A DNA stretch of 62,006 bases, filler included, from Coriobacteriales bacterium (lineage in GTDB: Bacteria > Actinomycetota > Coriobacteriia > Coriobacteriales > UBA8131), in NCBI GenBank assembly GCA_031263105.1. It is 5 parts of 5 records of this genome, joined end to end, with 100 filler letters (N's around TTAATTAATTAA, not from the genome) between each part and the next. Parts side by side here need not be neighbours in the genome. Positions count along the whole stretch, not along the records: positions 32,778 to 42,682 come from JAISGJ010000052.1; positions 42,783 to 52,469 come from JAISGJ010000124.1; 3 more parts are not named here. One strand, written 5' to 3'. Below, piece by piece: positions 38,181 to 49,605 of the stretch (position 1 is its first letter; the number at the start of each line of letters is the position of its first letter). The translations under genes were made by a program, and so were the position numbers. The notes beneath the pieces are model-generated. The model had not been told where the DNA came from and searched no databases. It saw nothing but the letters and a program-made list of their open reading frames with translations.

Positions 38181-38765
38181 ATGGGTAGACTGGGTTCCTT
38201 CCTTCTCGGTGGCGCCATTGGGGCGGGCGTTGCGCTGCTCTTTGCGCCGCGTGCCGGCGAGGAGACGCGCGCGTTGATCGCGGAGAAGGCAGACGAGTAT
38301 TGGGGCAAAGGGCAGACGTGGTACGACCAAGGCAGGTCCCGTGTCCAAGAGAGTGTCGCCGGCGTGCCGTCCACGGTCGCAAGGACAGGTGACGATCTGC
38401 GGGAGAAGATCGAGAATGCCCGCACCCTGATTGCCGAGCAGGTTGCCAAGAACGCAGCCGCTGCCCGCGATGCGATCAATGACAAGGTGCCCGTTGCGGC
38501 CGAGAAGATCAACCAGGCCGCCGATGTCGTCCGGGGCCGTATCGACACGGCAGCGTCCAAGATCAAGGACCGGGCGACGGCTGCTGCCGACAAGGACGGC
38601 GTGACGCCTTCTGCCCCGGCTGCTGCCGATAAGATCGAGCCTTCCGCTCCCGCAGCCACCGCTGCGCCCGACCCGTCCGGCGCCCCCGCTGCTCCGTCCG
38701 ATTCTGCCGCTGCCCCCGAGGCATCCGCCTCTGACGCTGCGGCCCCTGACGCAGCAAAAGGCTGA
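38181..38765 (+). CDS. YtxH domain protein
   Basis: FLLGGAIGAGVALLFAPRAGEETR. Confidence 0.88.
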   Translation: MGRLGSFLLGGAIGAGVALLFAPRAGEETRALIAEKADEYWGKGQTWYDQGRSRVQESVAGVPSTVARTGDDLREKIENARTLIAEQVAKNAAAARDAINDKVPVAAEKINQAADVVRGRIDTAASKIKDRATAAADKDGVTPSAPAAADKIEPSAPAATAAPDPSGAPAAPSDSAAAPEASASDAAAPDAAKG

Positions 38766-38776
38766 CCTACGGCACC

Positions 38777-39514
38777 ATGCGCAGCACGGGAGACTTCCGC
38801 AACGTTCGCGTGACCGGCGGAAGGAACGGGACGCGCCGGATCGGCAAGGTCCTGCGTGCGGTCTTTCGCCCGGACACCTATACCTTGGCGGGCTATCTTG
38901 TCGCACGGCCCGACCTGCTCTTCATGTTCAAGCGCAAGGACCGCTTCCTGGCTTGGGACGCCTTCCGGGTCGTCGACGGGAGGGTGGTCGCGACCATCGA
39001 CCGCGACTCTTGGGACGAGCCTGCCTGCAAGCGCCTCGGCATCGACTGGGACACGTGCCTCATCCTCGAAGGGATGCCGCTCGTCACGAGCGACGGCGAC
39101 AAGGTAGGGAACATCGATGCCGTCGAGTACGACGAACGTTCCGGCAGGCTTGTCGCGCTGCGGGTCGGTGACGGCATGGCGGCAAAGGCGCTCATCGGCA
39201 CCTCAAAGGTTCCTGCGGACCTTGTCGTCGGGTATCGTGACGGCACGATGGTGGCCGAGCGTGCGGCATCCGGCATCGCAAGCGAGGGCGGCCTTGCCGC
39301 GAAGGCAGGCGAACAGACCGCCGTGGCGACCCAGGCGATCAAGGAGAAGACGGACCGTGCCCGCAAGGCTGCCAGCAAGATGGGCAAGAAGGCCGGCGCT
39401 GCCGCCGACAAGGCGCTCGACACCGGCTCACGCGCCCTTGGCAAGCAGCTGGGCCGGACCCGGGGCATGTTCAAGGGCTTCAGGGACGAATACCGCAAGG
39501 GCAGGGGGAAGTAG
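38777..39514 (+). CDS. PRC-barrel domain protein
   Basis: Two RIGKV/KVGNI PRC-like repeats, GMPLVTSDG. Confidence 0.8.
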   Translation: MRSTGDFRNVRVTGGRNGTRRIGKVLRAVFRPDTYTLAGYLVARPDLLFMFKRKDRFLAWDAFRVVDGRVVATIDRDSWDEPACKRLGIDWDTCLILEGMPLVTSDGDKVGNIDAVEYDERSGRLVALRVGDGMAAKALIGTSKVPADLVVGYRDGTMVAERAASGIASEGGLAAKAGEQTAVATQAIKEKTDRARKAASKMGKKAGAAADKALDTGSRALGKQLGRTRGMFKGFRDEYRKGRGK

Positions 39515-39580
39515 CAGGGGCTGCGGCAGGGGCGGTCGGCGTGCGTCTGGGGATGCGGGACGGAGGCAGCCCCAAGGCGT

Positions 39581-39817
39581 TCAGCCCTTCTCCTCCTTGT
39601 TCTTGTCTGCGCCTGCGCCCGACTTCTGCTTTGCTGCCTGCTTCTTCGCCTTTGCCTTGGCGGCCGCCTTGGTTCCTCTGCGGTTGCGGTCGGGATACAG
39701 CTTGCGCGTCTTGCGTTCCGACATGAGCGCGATGAGGGTGAACAGGACGACGAGTCCGCCGATCATTGCGGCGAGGCCCAGCGGCGTCGAGATCAGCCAG
39801 TCGATGAAGGTGCCCAT
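39581..39817 (-). CDS. Small membrane protein
   Basis: Single TM followed by a basic tail; GGAG RBS. Confidence 0.6.
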   Translation of the reverse strand: MGTFIDWLISTPLGLAAMIGGLVVLFTLIALMSERKTRKLYPDRNRRGTKAAAKAKAKKQAAKQKSGAGADKNKEEKG

Positions 39818-39872
39818 AGGTGCTCCAAAACTCGGGTGCGTCCTTCCATTATACTATTCGATACGGTTTTAG

Positions 39873-41267
<1,395 letters not shown>

Positions 41268-41331
41268 GCGGAAAGCCCGCAGGTCCGCTTTTCCGCATGC
41301 AGGTGCAGGGGGGCATTCAGGAGGGCCGCCC

Positions 41332-42682
41332 ATGCAGATAACCCCGCAGGAGGTCTCCGAGACGCTGGCGATGGTCGCCCAGCAGAACCTCGACATTCGC
41401 ACCGTCACGCTCGGCCTGAACATCCGCGACTGCGGCCATGAGGACGTGGGGATTTGCGCGTCGCGCGTCTACGAGCGCCTTGTGAGCGCGGCCGAGCGCC
41501 TCGTTCCCACGGCCGAGCAGCTTGCGCGGGACTACGGCATCCCCATCGCGAACAAGCGCATCTCCGTCACGCCGATCGCGGAGGTCTGTGCGCGCACTGC
41601 GGCACGCGACCTTGTGCCCGTCGCCGCTGCGCTCGATGCGGCCGCCGCCGAGGTGGGCGTCGATTTCGTCGGCGGCTTCTCGGCGCTCGTCCAGAAGGGG
41701 ACAAATTCGGGCGACGTGCGGCTGATAGCCTCCATTCCCGAGGCACTTGCCACGACCGAGCGCGTCTGCTCGAGCGTCAATGTGGCCTCGACCCGTGCAG
41801 GCATCAACATGGACGCGGTGCTCATGATGGCTCGGACCATCCTTGCGACCGCGCAGCGCACGGCCGAAAGGGACGCGGTCGGCTGCGCAAAGCTTGTCGT
41901 GTTCGCCAACGCGGTCGAGGACAATCCCTTTATGGCAGGGGCCTTTCATGGCAGCGGCGAGGCGGACGCAGTGATCAACGTCGGCGTGTCCGGGCCGGGC
42001 GTGGTGCGTGCGGTGCTTGCCGACCTTGCCGACGATGCGGACATCACCCAGGTCGCCGAGGCGATAAAGGCGACGACCTTCAAGATAACGCGCGTCGGTG
42101 AGCTTATCGCGCGCGAGGCGTCCCGGCGTCTCGGCGTGCAGATGGGCATCCTCGACCTGTCGCTGGCACCCACACCCGCTGCGGGAGACTCGGTTGCGCA
42201 GATACTGGAGGCCATCGGCATCGGCACCTGCGGGGGCCCGGGCACCACGGCGGCGCTCGCCCTGCTCAACGATGCCGTCAAGAAGGGCGGTGTCATGGCG
42301 TCGTCTTCCGTGGGAGGCCTGTCCGGCGCCTTTATCCCCGTCAGCGAGGATGCCGGGATGATAGCCGCCGCCGAGCAAGGTGCCTTGAGCATCGAGAAGC
42401 TCGAGGCCATGACGAGCGTCTGCTCGGTCGGCCTCGACATGATAGCCGTGCCGGGCGACGTCGACGTAGAGACCGTCGTCGGCATCATCGCCGACGAGAT
42501 GGCGATAGGCGTCATCAACAACAAGACCACCGCCGTGCGCCTCATCCCCGCCATCGGCAAGACGGCTGGCGAGCGCCTCGAGTTCGGCGGCCTGCTCGGC
42601 TCGGCCCCCGTCATGGAGGTCAACCGCCACGCCGGCACCGTCTTCGCCCACCGAGGCGGCCGCTTCCCCGCCCCCCTCAACA
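41332..42682 (+). CDS. UPF0210/DUF711 (PFL-like) protein, last codons lost in gap
   Basis: [51 protein letters not shown]. Confidence 0.92.
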
Positions 42683-42782
42683 NNNNNNNNNNNNNNNNNN
42701 NNNNNNNNNNNNNNNNNNNNNNNNNNTTAATTAATTAANNNNNNNNNNNNNNNNNNNNNNNNNNNNNNNNNNNNNNNNNNNN
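42683..42782. other. Artificial contig linker
   Basis: N-run, TTAATTAATTAA, N-run. Confidence 0.98.
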
Positions 42783-42915
42783 GCGTTTTCCGGGCGCTCG
42801 GGTCCCGTGGGCCTGTCGGCCCGTCCTCGCTGAAAACGCGGTGCGTTTTCCGGGCGCTCGGACCCAAGGATTCCTCGGCGGGGCTCGGAATGACAGTGGG
42901 GGCGTGAACTGTAAC
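42783..42915. repeat. Right part of a GTTAC-family element
   Basis: GATTCCTCGGCGGGGCTCGGAATGACAGTGGGGGCGTGAACTGTAAC; cargo is the reverse complement of that in the 15612 copy. Confidence 0.88.
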
Positions 42916-43017
42916 GTTCCCATGGGCGTTCCCATAGCCGCCTGTGCAACAGTGGAAAAACCCCGGAGGTTTCGCTAGACTGTCATAGGCACGAGAGTCC
43001 GTTGTCTCTTCGGGCCT

Positions 43018-43092
43018 GCTGGTATGGCGCAATGGCAGCGCAACGGTTTTGTAAACCGTAGGTTGTGGGTTCGACTCCCTCTACCAGCTCCA
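43018..43092 (+). tRNA. tRNA-Thr(TGT)
   Basis: Acceptor GCTGGTA/TACCAGC, D stem GCGC/GCGC, anticodon ACGGT-TTTGTAA-ACCGT, GGTTCGACTCC, encoded CCA; one T-stem mismatch. Confidence 0.93.
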
Positions 43093-43131
43093 GGAAGCAA
43101 CGATGGGGACGAGGTCGCCCGTCGTGACGAG

Positions 43132-43171
43132 AAAGCCCGTTTAACCGGCAACGAGCCGGATAAACGGGTTT
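43132..43171 (+). terminator. Hairpin/terminator downstream of tRNA-Thr
   Basis: AAAGCCCGTTTAACCGGC-AACGA-GCCGGATAAACGGGTTTT. Confidence 0.6.
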
Positions 43172-43186
43172 TCTGCATTTTCCCCC

Positions 43187-43221
43187 TTGACAGCTACAAT
43201 ATTATACGGTATATAATATTG
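43187..43221 (+). promoter_or_regulatory. Sigma70-type promoter with an overlapping PadR-like operator
   Basis: TTGACA at 43187, TATAAT at 43212; palindrome CAATATTATA-N5-TATAATATTG. Confidence 0.7.
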
Positions 43222-43267
43222 CATCCGAAATGAGGAATGGCTGACGTATGGATGGGAGGTGGTCCGT

Positions 43268-43579
43268 TTGGGGTTTCCGATAACAGCGAATCTGCTGGAT
43301 GCCTGTGTCCTCTCCATGCTTGCGCAGGGCGACACCTATGGCTATGAGCTCACCCAGAGGCTTCGCGAGGATCTGCACGTCTCGGAGTCCACGCTGTATC
43401 CGGTTCTGCGGCGGCTTCAGGGAGGCACGTTCCTGCGAACCTACGACGTCCCACATCAGGGACGCAACCGAAGGTACTATGCGATCACCGAGAACGGCAA
43501 CTCCCAGCTCGATGGCTTCCGCAAGGACTGGAGCGAGTTCCGCAACCGGATCGATGGCTTCTTGAGGAGTGGCGCATGA
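43268..43579 (+). CDS. PadR family transcriptional regulator
   Basis: DTYGYEL, SESTLYPVLRRL, GRNRRYYAIT. Confidence 0.92.
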   Translation: MGFPITANLLDACVLSMLAQGDTYGYELTQRLREDLHVSESTLYPVLRRLQGGTFLRTYDVPHQGRNRRYYAITENGNSQLDGFRKDWSEFRNRIDGFLRSGA

Positions 43580-44442
43580 TGGACAGAGCGACCTATCTGG
43601 CACGGCTTGAGCAGGAGCTGGGCGGGCTTGCCACGTTCGACCGCCAGAACATACTCGCCTATTACAACGAGTTCCTGCAGGACGCCGAGGCCGAGGGGAA
43701 GGCGGACGTGGCCCTGCTGCTCGGAAGCCCCCACGTCCTTGCCGCGCAGATAAAGGCCGACATCGCCATGGGCGGCTTCGAGGGCATAGGGGCGCAAGGC
43801 GGCTTTGCGACGGCGCCTGTGGGGCCGATGGGGATGACCTCGCCCCCGCCTGCGGCGACTGCGCCCTCGGCACCGACAGGGACGCCGTCAGGCCCGCCCC
43901 CGCCCCCGCCTGTGACGGCGATACCTGCGGCGGCAGCGGCCTCGGCGGGAGCGGGCGGGGCGCCGCCTTGGACGGGCGGCCCGGCAGCGGCAGCCGCCGC
44001 GCAGCCGCCCTATGCGCAGGTGCCCTACGGCACGACAGGCGGCGCGCCTCCAAAGGAGAGGCGCGGCTCCGGGATGCATGCGGTCTGGATCGTGGTGCTG
44101 GCCATCCTGGCGCTCCCCATCGGCCTGCCCGTCCTGATCGCGGTCGTCGCCGTGATAGTCTCCGTGCTCGTCACCTTGGTCGCCCTGCTGGCATCCTTCG
44201 CGGCGGTGGTGTTCTCCCTGCTGGTCGCCGGCGTCCTCGCGGCGATTGCCGGTGTCCTCCTCCTGTTCTCGAATTCTGCCGTCGGCCTGTTCTACATCGG
44301 CTCCGGGCTGGTGATTCTGGGCCTCGGCGTCCTCGCCGGCATGGGGCTGTGGCATCTGGGAAGGCTCTGCGTCAAAGGCGTCGCACGGCTTTTCAACGGC
44401 ATCCGCAGGAAACTGACGAAACGGGAAAGGGGCGCACAATGA
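43576..44442 (+). CDS. DUF1700/HAAS-domain membrane protein
   Basis: YLARLEQEL...YYNE...LGSP, Pro/Ala linker, several TMs. Confidence 0.85.
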   Translation: MMDRATYLARLEQELGGLATFDRQNILAYYNEFLQDAEAEGKADVALLLGSPHVLAAQIKADIAMGGFEGIGAQGGFATAPVGPMGMTSPPPAATAPSAPTGTPSGPPPPPPVTAIPAAAAASAGAGGAPPWTGGPAAAAAAQPPYAQVPYGTTGGAPPKERRGSGMHAVWIVVLAILALPIGLPVLIAVVAVIVSVLVTLVALLASFAAVVFSLLVAGVLAAIAGVLLLFSNSAVGLFYIGSGLVILGLGVLAGMGLWHLGRLCVKGVARLFNGIRRKLTKRERGAQ

Positions 44443-45374
44443 GCAAGGCGACCAGGAACCTGCTGCTTGTCGCGGGGGCCCTCATCCTCATAGGCGCCAT
44501 CCTCGGCGGCACGGGCTATTGGATGGGCGGCATGAAGGCGGTGCGTCTGACGGGAGGGGGGCCGGTCGTCATCGACTCCGCGTCCGGTTTCCTGAATGCC
44601 GTGGATCGGCAGTGGGAAGACCTCGACGGCCTTGACATCGACGTCGACCTGCTCGAGCTCAGTATGGTGGAAGGCGATGCCTTCTCGCTCACGGGCAGCT
44701 ACGACCCCGGCCTGACGGACTTCGACATCTCGGAGGAGAAGGGCGTGCTCGTCATCCGCAGCACCGACCGGCACACCCCGTGGTGGGGCTTCGGGCAATG
44801 GGGCTTCGGCCTGCCATTCGGAGGCATATACGAGCCGAAGATGGTGTTCACCTATCCCAAGGGCACACGCTTCGAAGACGTGTCCGTCAAAAGCAGCCTC
44901 GGCAGCTTCCACATGGAAGGGCTGAGGGCGGAACGGCTCGCGGTCGCGCTCGATTTGGGGAACCTCACCGGTCAGGACATCGCCGTCGAGGCCTTTGATG
45001 CCCGCATGTCCTTGGGGAACTGCGAGCTTGATAGGCTGGAGGTCGCCAAGGGGGCGGAGATACATATGGATGGCGGCAACCTCAGACTCGACGATGCGGC
45101 GATTGCAGGCCTCTCATCCACGAGCAACCTTGGGAACTTCGACTTCTCAGGCGTCCTGAGCGGCACGGCGGACATCGCGATGGACCTTGGTGCGCTCGAC
45201 ATGGCTCTCGGCATCCCTGAGAACCGCATAGCGTATTCCATCGAATGCGACCTTGGCAGCAGCACGCTGAACGGGCGGCACCTCGGTTCCTCTGCGCACA
45301 GCAACGTCGCGTCGCCGGAGCTGACGCTCGAGGTCCGCACGAACCTCGGCAGCGTGGAGATCAGGGCGGACTGA
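44439..45374 (+). CDS. DUF4097 beta-strand repeat protein
   Basis: N-terminal TM and repeated (S/D)LG(N/S) strands; usual PadR-DUF1700-DUF4097 order. Confidence 0.82.
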   Translation: MSKATRNLLLVAGALILIGAILGGTGYWMGGMKAVRLTGGGPVVIDSASGFLNAVDRQWEDLDGLDIDVDLLELSMVEGDAFSLTGSYDPGLTDFDISEEKGVLVIRSTDRHTPWWGFGQWGFGLPFGGIYEPKMVFTYPKGTRFEDVSVKSSLGSFHMEGLRAERLAVALDLGNLTGQDIAVEAFDARMSLGNCELDRLEVAKGAEIHMDGGNLRLDDAAIAGLSSTSNLGNFDFSGVLSGTADIAMDLGALDMALGIPENRIAYSIECDLGSSTLNGRHLGSSAHSNVASPELTLEVRTNLGSVEIRAD

Positions 45375-45409
45375 GGCCGCCGCCGGACGCCCCTGTTGCC
45401 CCGTCTCGC

Positions 45410-46339
45410 CTATGCGGGCAGGCGCCTTGTGTCCGGGCGAGTGCCGAGCCGGGCCGTGCCGAGCCGGGCGGCCTCGGTGGGGGTCGTGGTCTGCGGGCGG
45501 AGGTTGCGCAGCTGGGGCGGTATCTGTTCGCAGAGGTTGCCCCAGAAACGCTTGGGCATGAAGTTGCGCTGGCAGACGGGGTTGCGCCGCTCCTCTCTCG
45601 CTATCGTGTCGTAGAAGGTCTGCCACAGCGCCTGGAACCCGTCCTGCGCCCGGGAGGGGGGCGGCTCCTGCACGTCCCGTGCGTCGACGAGCCACCACCG
45701 CTCGGTGTCGAAGACTCCGGACAGGCCGTGCCGCGCGTCGTATATCATGAACGGCTGCACGTTGAAGCGTGCCGCGAAATGCCCCATGATGAGCGGCACC
45801 ACGCTCGCCTGCGGTTCGATGCGCGAGAAGTAGACGCCGTTTTCCAGCTGGGCGAAGCGCACGAACTGCAGCATGTAGTGCGCCTCCTTGGCGACCTTGC
45901 CGAGCAGCTCCTCGAAGGAGGCGACCGCAGGGTTCGCCAGATGGGAGCAGGCCCTCCTTCCCTTTCGCATCGTGTAGAGCAGGTAGCGCACGATCACGCC
46001 CCCTTTGCGCCCGTCGTCGGAGAGGAAGACCCGTTTGAGGTTCTCGTAGGTGCGCTCCCCGAGCGTGCCTGAGACCCCGTTCCTCACGCGCTCGGCCTTT
46101 GCGACATCGGTGAGGATGGGGATGTAGGAGCACATGAGGCTCTGTTGGAGGCCGTCCTCCTGCGCGATCTCGAGCGGCACCTCCTTGCGGCGGAAGGCCT
46201 CGAAGACGGCCGTCAGCATCCCTTCGAGCGTGCCGTCGTAGAGGTAGACGGGCTGCGCGTCGCCCAGCAGTGCGCTGGGGACGTTGGCGCTGGGGACGCC
46301 TGCGGCGGTGCCTGCGGGAGCGCTCACGACGGGGCTCAT
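45410..46339 (-). CDS. TIGR03915/DUF4130 putative DNA repair protein
   Basis: YLYDGTLEG.LTAVFEAF, FVRF, HFAARF, FQALWQTFY...RRNP.CQRNFMPKRFW; ATGA overlap. Confidence 0.88.
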   Translation of the reverse strand: MSPVVSAPAGTAAGVPSANVPSALLGDAQPVYLYDGTLEGMLTAVFEAFRRKEVPLEIAQEDGLQQSLMCSYIPILTDVAKAERVRNGVSGTLGERTYENLKRVFLSDDGRKGGVIVRYLLYTMRKGRRACSHLANPAVASFEELLGKVAKEAHYMLQFVRFAQLENGVYFSRIEPQASVVPLIMGHFAARFNVQPFMIYDARHGLSGVFDTERWWLVDARDVQEPPPSRAQDGFQALWQTFYDTIAREERRNPVCQRNFMPKRFWGNLCEQIPPQLRNLRPQTTTPTEAARLGTARLGTRPDTRRLPA

Positions 46340-47715
46340 GCGGACGCTCCCGCAAGCGCCCGTGTCTGCCCCGGCACCGCAGCCGGCGGCGGCAACGGCG
46401 GCATTGGAAGCGCCGCCCCCGCCGTTCTCGCCATCCCCGCCCCTGCAGCCCCCGGACCCTCGTCGAACAGCGAGAGCTGGCCCTCGTACACGCCCTTGAA
46501 GCGGCGTCCCTTCGCCTGACGGGTGAGCTCGTGGTAGATGGAAAGGGGGTCGAACAGCACACCGTCGGCGAACTTCCCCTTGCAGGTGATGAAGTACTTT
46601 GCGCGCTTGAGGGTGATGTTCAGCCTCTTGAGGTCGTCGAAGCGCAGGGGGCGCTCCCGTCGTGCGCACACGATGCGCTTTGCGCCGCGCACGCCTATCC
46701 CGGGGATGCGCAGGAGCATCTCGTAGGGCACCCGGTTCACCTCGGCGGGGAACTGGTCGATGTGGTTGAGCGCCCAGTTGCACTTCGGGTCGATGAGCAG
46801 GTCGAGGAAGGGATGCCCGTCGTCGATTATCTCCTCCACATCGAAGCCGTAGAAGCGCATGAGCCAGTCCGCTTGGTACAGCCGGTGCTCGCGCAGGAGC
46901 GGGACCTCGCTCGTCGAGGGGAGCAGGGGGTTGCTGTTTATGGGGATGTAGGCGCTGAAGAACACGCGCTGGAGCTCGAGGCGGCGGTACAGGCTCGCCG
47001 AGAGCCTGAGTATGTGGTAGTCGCTTTCCGGCGAGGCCCCTATGATCATCTGTGTACTCTGCCCTGCGGGGGCGAAGCGTGTGCGCCGCACGGTGGACAG
47101 GCGCCTGTCCTGGTAGTTCGCCTTGATGCCGTCGCGCACGAAGGCCATCGGCCCCAAGGCGGACTCCCCGGCCTTCTCGGGCGCAAGCAGCTTGAGGCTC
47201 TTCTCGGAGGGGAACTCGATGTTGAGGCTCACGCGGTCGACGAGCACGCCGAGCCGGACAAGCAGCTCCTCGGAGGTGCCGGGGATCGCCTTGGCGTGGA
47301 TGTAGCCTCGGAACCCGTGCTCCTCGCGCAGGATGTGCAGGGCCTCGCACATCCGCTCGGTCGTGTAGTCGGGGTCCTTGAGGATGCCCGAGGAGAGGAA
47401 CAGCCCTTCGATATAGTTGCGGCGGTAGAAGCCGATGGTCAGGTCGGCGAGCTCGCGGGCGGAGAAGGTCGCGCGCGGGATGTCGTTGGAGCGCCGGTTC
47501 ACGCAGTAGGCGCAGTCGTAGCTGCAGACGTTCGAGAGCAGGACCTTGAGGAGGGTCACGCAGCGCCCGTCCGCAGAGAAGCTGTGGCAGATGCCCGCCG
47601 AGGTGGCGGAGCCCAGCTGCCCTTTGACCGCCTGCCGGTTCACCCCGCAGCTCGTGCAGGCGACGTCGTACTTCGCGGCATCGGCCAGTATCGTCAGCTT
47701 GTCCAAGAGCTCCAT
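46336..47715 (-). CDS. TIGR03916 putative DNA modification/repair radical SAM protein
   Basis: KLTILADAAKYDVAC, CSYDCAYC, YRRNYIEGLFLSSG, FAPAGQSTQM, REHRLYQADWL, HhH LLRIPGIG. Confidence 0.93.
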   Translation of the reverse strand: MELLDKLTILADAAKYDVACTSCGVNRQAVKGQLGSATSAGICHSFSADGRCVTLLKVLLSNVCSYDCAYCVNRRSNDIPRATFSARELADLTIGFYRRNYIEGLFLSSGILKDPDYTTERMCEALHILREEHGFRGYIHAKAIPGTSEELLVRLGVLVDRVSLNIEFPSEKSLKLLAPEKAGESALGPMAFVRDGIKANYQDRRLSTVRRTRFAPAGQSTQMIIGASPESDYHILRLSASLYRRLELQRVFFSAYIPINSNPLLPSTSEVPLLREHRLYQADWLMRFYGFDVEEIIDDGHPFLDLLIDPKCNWALNHIDQFPAEVNRVPYEMLLRIPGIGVRGAKRIVCARRERPLRFDDLKRLNITLKRAKYFITCKGKFADGVLFDPLSIYHELTRQAKGRRFKGVYEGQLSLFDEGPGAAGAGMARTAGAALPMPPLPPPAAVPGQTRALAGASA

Positions 47716-47737
47716 GGGCCCACAGCCTCTCAAAGGG

Positions 47738-47776
47738 GAACATCTGTTCGACCCATGGTACCCGAACAGATGTTCG
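47738..47776. promoter_or_regulatory. Two LexA/SOS boxes (GAAC-N4-GTTC)
   Basis: GAACATCTGTTC at 47738 and CGAACAGATGTTCG at 47763. Confidence 0.82.
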
Positions 47777-47821
47777 TTGTCAACAGGTCGCGCTGCAGTC
47801 AGCGCTCCGTAATGTGTTTCC

Positions 47822-48050
47822 GTTACTGTGCACACCCCCACTGTCATCCCGAGCCTGCCGAGGGATCTTTGGCCGCGCCAGCGGCCGACCGCAGGTCGAA
47901 GGGCCCCCTGGCCTGCCGTTGGACACTGCGTGTCCAAAGATTCCTCGGCGGAGCTCGGAATGACAGTGAGGGCTCGGGATGACAGTGAGGGCTCGGGATG
48001 ACAGTGGGGTGTGAACAGTAACGTAGGGTGTGACGTGTGTGACGTGTAAC
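47822..48050. mobile_element. GTTAC-family element with an exact 15-bp flanking duplication
   Basis: CCGTAATGTGTTTCC at 47807-47821 and 48051-48065; two GTAAC right ends in tandem. Confidence 0.88.
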
Positions 48051-48171
48051 CCGTAATGTGTTTCCCTTCTCCTGTGCTTTTGATACACTGGACACGGCGC
48101 ATCAAAGATGCGACCGTATCGCTGCTGTGTGCCCAGAGGACGGCACGCAAGAAGGATTGAAAGGATCGGGT

Positions 48172-49359
48172 ATGAAGAAGATAGTCGTTTTGCTCGCCGC
48201 GCTTGTATGCGCACTGGCCCTGTTCGGGTGCTCCTCGGGCGGAGGGGACAAGCCCCCGGCCAACGACACGCCGCCGGCGGCCGACAACACGCCGGCAACC
48301 ACGGAGACGGACACGACTCCGGCGACAGAGGGCGAAGGCCTGAAGATCGCCATCGTCACCAGCCCTTCCGGGGTCGATGACGGCTCGTTCAACCAGGACA
48401 ACTACAACGGCGTCCAGGCGTTCATCTCCGCAAACCCCAGCGCGACGGTGGTTCCCATACGTGAGCAGGACACCGCCAACGCCGTCCCCGCCGTCGAGGC
48501 GATAGTCGCCGACTACGACGTCATCGTGACGCCGGGCTTCCAGTTCGCGGCCATCTATGACCTCGCCACTGCCAACCCGGACAAGAAGTTCATCCTCGTG
48601 GACGCCTTCCCTGCGGATGCCGAGGGCAACGAGGTCTCCGCCGAGAACATCTACGCCATGCAGTTCGCCGAGCAGGAGAGCGGCTTCTTCGCCGGCATCG
48701 CGGCCGCCATGCAGACCACGAGCGGCAAGGTCGCCTCGGTCCATGGCATCGCCTATCCCTCCAACGTCAACTACCAGTTCGGCTTCGCCAGCGGCGTCAA
48801 CTACGCCAACAAGAACCTCGGCACCAGCGCCGAGGTCGTCGAGCTGCCCAGCTATGCGGGCACCGACGTGACGGACGCCCCCATCGGCGGCAACTACGTG
48901 GGCGACTTCAGCGACGAGGCGGGCGGCAAGGTCGTGGGCGAGAGCCTGCTCGCCGAGGGCGTCGACATCATCTTCGTGGCGGCCGGCGCCTCCGGCAACG
49001 GCGTGTTCACCGCCGTCAAGGAGAAGGGCGACGCCTTCGTCATCGGCTGCGACGTCGACCAGTACGACGACGGCGCCAACGGCAGCGCGAACATCGTGCT
49101 GACGAGCGGGCTCAAGGTCATGGCCCCCAACGTCGCCAAGCAGCTCGAGGCCGTCGCGGACGGCAGCTTCACGGGCGCCAACGAGACCCTCACCGCCTCG
49201 ACCGACTCCACAGGCTACGTCAAGGACACGGGCCGCCACCAGCTGACCGACGAGACGCTTGCGGCGCTCGACGAGGCCTACGCGAAGGTGAAGGCCGGCG
49301 ACATCGTCCCCGCCTCGAACTTCAACGACTCGACCCCGGCCGACTTCAAGGGCCTGTAG
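48172..49359 (+). CDS. BMP/PnrA family ABC substrate-binding lipoprotein
   Basis: Lipobox LFGC, DDGSFNQ, FAEQESGF.AG, GVDIIF.AAG, IGCDVDQ. Confidence 0.9.
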   Translation: MKKIVVLLAALVCALALFGCSSGGGDKPPANDTPPAADNTPATTETDTTPATEGEGLKIAIVTSPSGVDDGSFNQDNYNGVQAFISANPSATVVPIREQDTANAVPAVEAIVADYDVIVTPGFQFAAIYDLATANPDKKFILVDAFPADAEGNEVSAENIYAMQFAEQESGFFAGIAAAMQTTSGKVASVHGIAYPSNVNYQFGFASGVNYANKNLGTSAEVVELPSYAGTDVTDAPIGGNYVGDFSDEAGGKVVGESLLAEGVDIIFVAAGASGNGVFTAVKEKGDAFVIGCDVDQYDDGANGSANIVLTSGLKVMAPNVAKQLEAVADGSFTGANETLTASTDSTGYVKDTGRHQLTDETLAALDEAYAKVKAGDIVPASNFNDSTPADFKGL

Positions 49360-49360
49360 G

Positions 49361-49529
49361 CTAGGGACGCACCGATTTATTCATTGCGCACCATCTGGCG
49401 GCCAATTTGCCTCTGCCCTGCGTTGGAGGCACCGGGCATTACGTCAAGTAGTGCCCGGTGCCTCCGCCTTGGTCAGAGGCAAGACGACTCGCCATCTGGC
49501 GCACAAGCAATTAATCGGCACTTCCCCAG
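49361..49529. repeat. CTAG-ended long-hairpin element
   Basis: CTAGGGACGCACCGAT...ATCGGCACTTCCCCAG; central GGCATTACGTCAAGTAGTGCC. Confidence 0.75.
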
Positions 49530-49605
49530 GGACCACGCACGACCACGCACGACCACGACCGGCCCGTTGGATGATTTCTGGCGGGCCGGCCGTCTTTGCG
49601 GCGGA

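Noticed and set aside
45410..47743. 777-aa ORF as one protein
   Set aside because: Only 46339-45410 is DUF4130-like; the rest is an alternative frame of the radical SAM gene
46336..49239. 967-aa ORF as a giant radical SAM fusion
   Set aside because: The real gene starts at 47715; the upstream part crosses the SOS boxes, a repeat element and the antisense strand of the BMP gene
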